Source: Lama guanicoe (taxonomy: Eukaryota). Taken from it: 64,000 bases of DNA. Each line of letters begins with the position of its first letter. The first letter of the stretch is position 1. Shown in pieces: positions 63,316-64,000 of the stretch. Location of the stretch: NCBI GenBank assembly GCA_013239625.1, contig MU056050.1, positions 5,899,366-5,963,365 of the forward strand, read 5' to 3'. The notes under the pieces are model-generated. The model did not search any database, was not told the origin of the DNA, and worked only from the letters and a program-made list of their open reading frames with translations. Position numbers and translations under genes: made by a program.

Positions 63316-63966
63316 CCTGTCACATCTTGTCTAGTATTTCTCCCTTTTGAAATGGCAATGTATATCCTCCGACTGTCTTAACACAGTACTTTGGAAGCAT
63401 GGAACTTGTCTGCTTTCAGAGTCACAGATGGAGAGCAGTTTGCTTCAGAACGAATGTATCTTGAATCCCATTCATATCTGATTTAGATGATATTTAGATA
63501 AGACTTTGGGCTTTAGGTTTTTAAGCTGATGCTGGAACAAGTTAAGAGTGTTGGGGCTATTGAAATGGAATGAATGTATTTTGCATATGAGAAGAACGTG
63601 AATTTTGGGGAGCCAGGGGACAGAATGCTATAGATGATTGAATATTCAATTTATGTGTCCCCCAAAACTTGTATTGTGAAATCAAATCCCCAATGTGATA
63701 TTTGGAGGTGGAGCCTTTAGGAACCCTCATGAATGGCATTAGTGCCCTTACAAAGGAAAGCCCTCCCCTTCTTCCACCACGTGGGGTTACAGTGAAAAGA
63801 TGGTCATCGATGAACAAGGAACTCAGCTCTCACCATACACCCAATCTGCCAGCACCTTCATCTTGGACTTCCCAGTCTCCAGAACTATGACAAATAAATT
63901 TGTGCTATTTATAAGTCACCCAGTTTATGGTACTTTGTTACAGCAGCCTGAACAAAGACAAAGACA
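63316..63966 (+). mobile_element. MaLR internal 3' segment plus MLT1A-like 3' LTR
   Basis: Internal segment ends in PPT 'ggggagccaggggacagaa'. LTR 63626-63966 runs 'tgctatag...catgaatggcattagtgccctta...aataaatttgtgctatttataag...aagaca'. Confidence 0.85.
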
Positions 63967-64000
63967 AATGGTGAAAGAGGAGAAAACCAAGGATTATTTT

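Noticed and set aside
1..64000. The ORF track as evidence of genes
   Set aside because: All ORFs are short (up to 159 aa), overlap on both strands, and either derive from repeats or resemble no protein I recognise. This is the chance pattern for mammalian non-coding DNA.

Overview
Mammalian non-coding genomic DNA, most likely camelid (alpaca/llama/camel), judged from two Vic-1-type tRNA-derived SINEs and the style of the young L1 3' ends. I found no protein-coding gene, RNA gene or CRISPR array. The only ORFs with recognisable homology are broken L1 ORF2 pieces and a degraded Tigger-like transposase remnant. Much of the window is interspersed repeat: dense old L2/MIR, several L1 generations, LTR/MaLR fragments and hAT/TcMar MITEs. 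Repeat-free islands between them carry clustered transcription-factor-like motifs, as expected of a large intron or gene desert near a developmentally regulated gene, but I could not name the locus. The most notable structures are a ~330-bp element joining an L1 5'UTR head directly to an L1 3'UTR tail (candidate non-autonomous L1-derived family), a twin-primed 5'-inverted L1 with a perfect 15-bp TSD, a tiny L1 with an apparent 3' transduction, a solo LTR rich in CCAAT and octamer motifs, and an old-type L1 tail nested inside a younger one. Repeat family names come from remembered consensus sequences and boundaries are approximate unless a TSD is given. I see no convincing evidence of a wholly new biological system.
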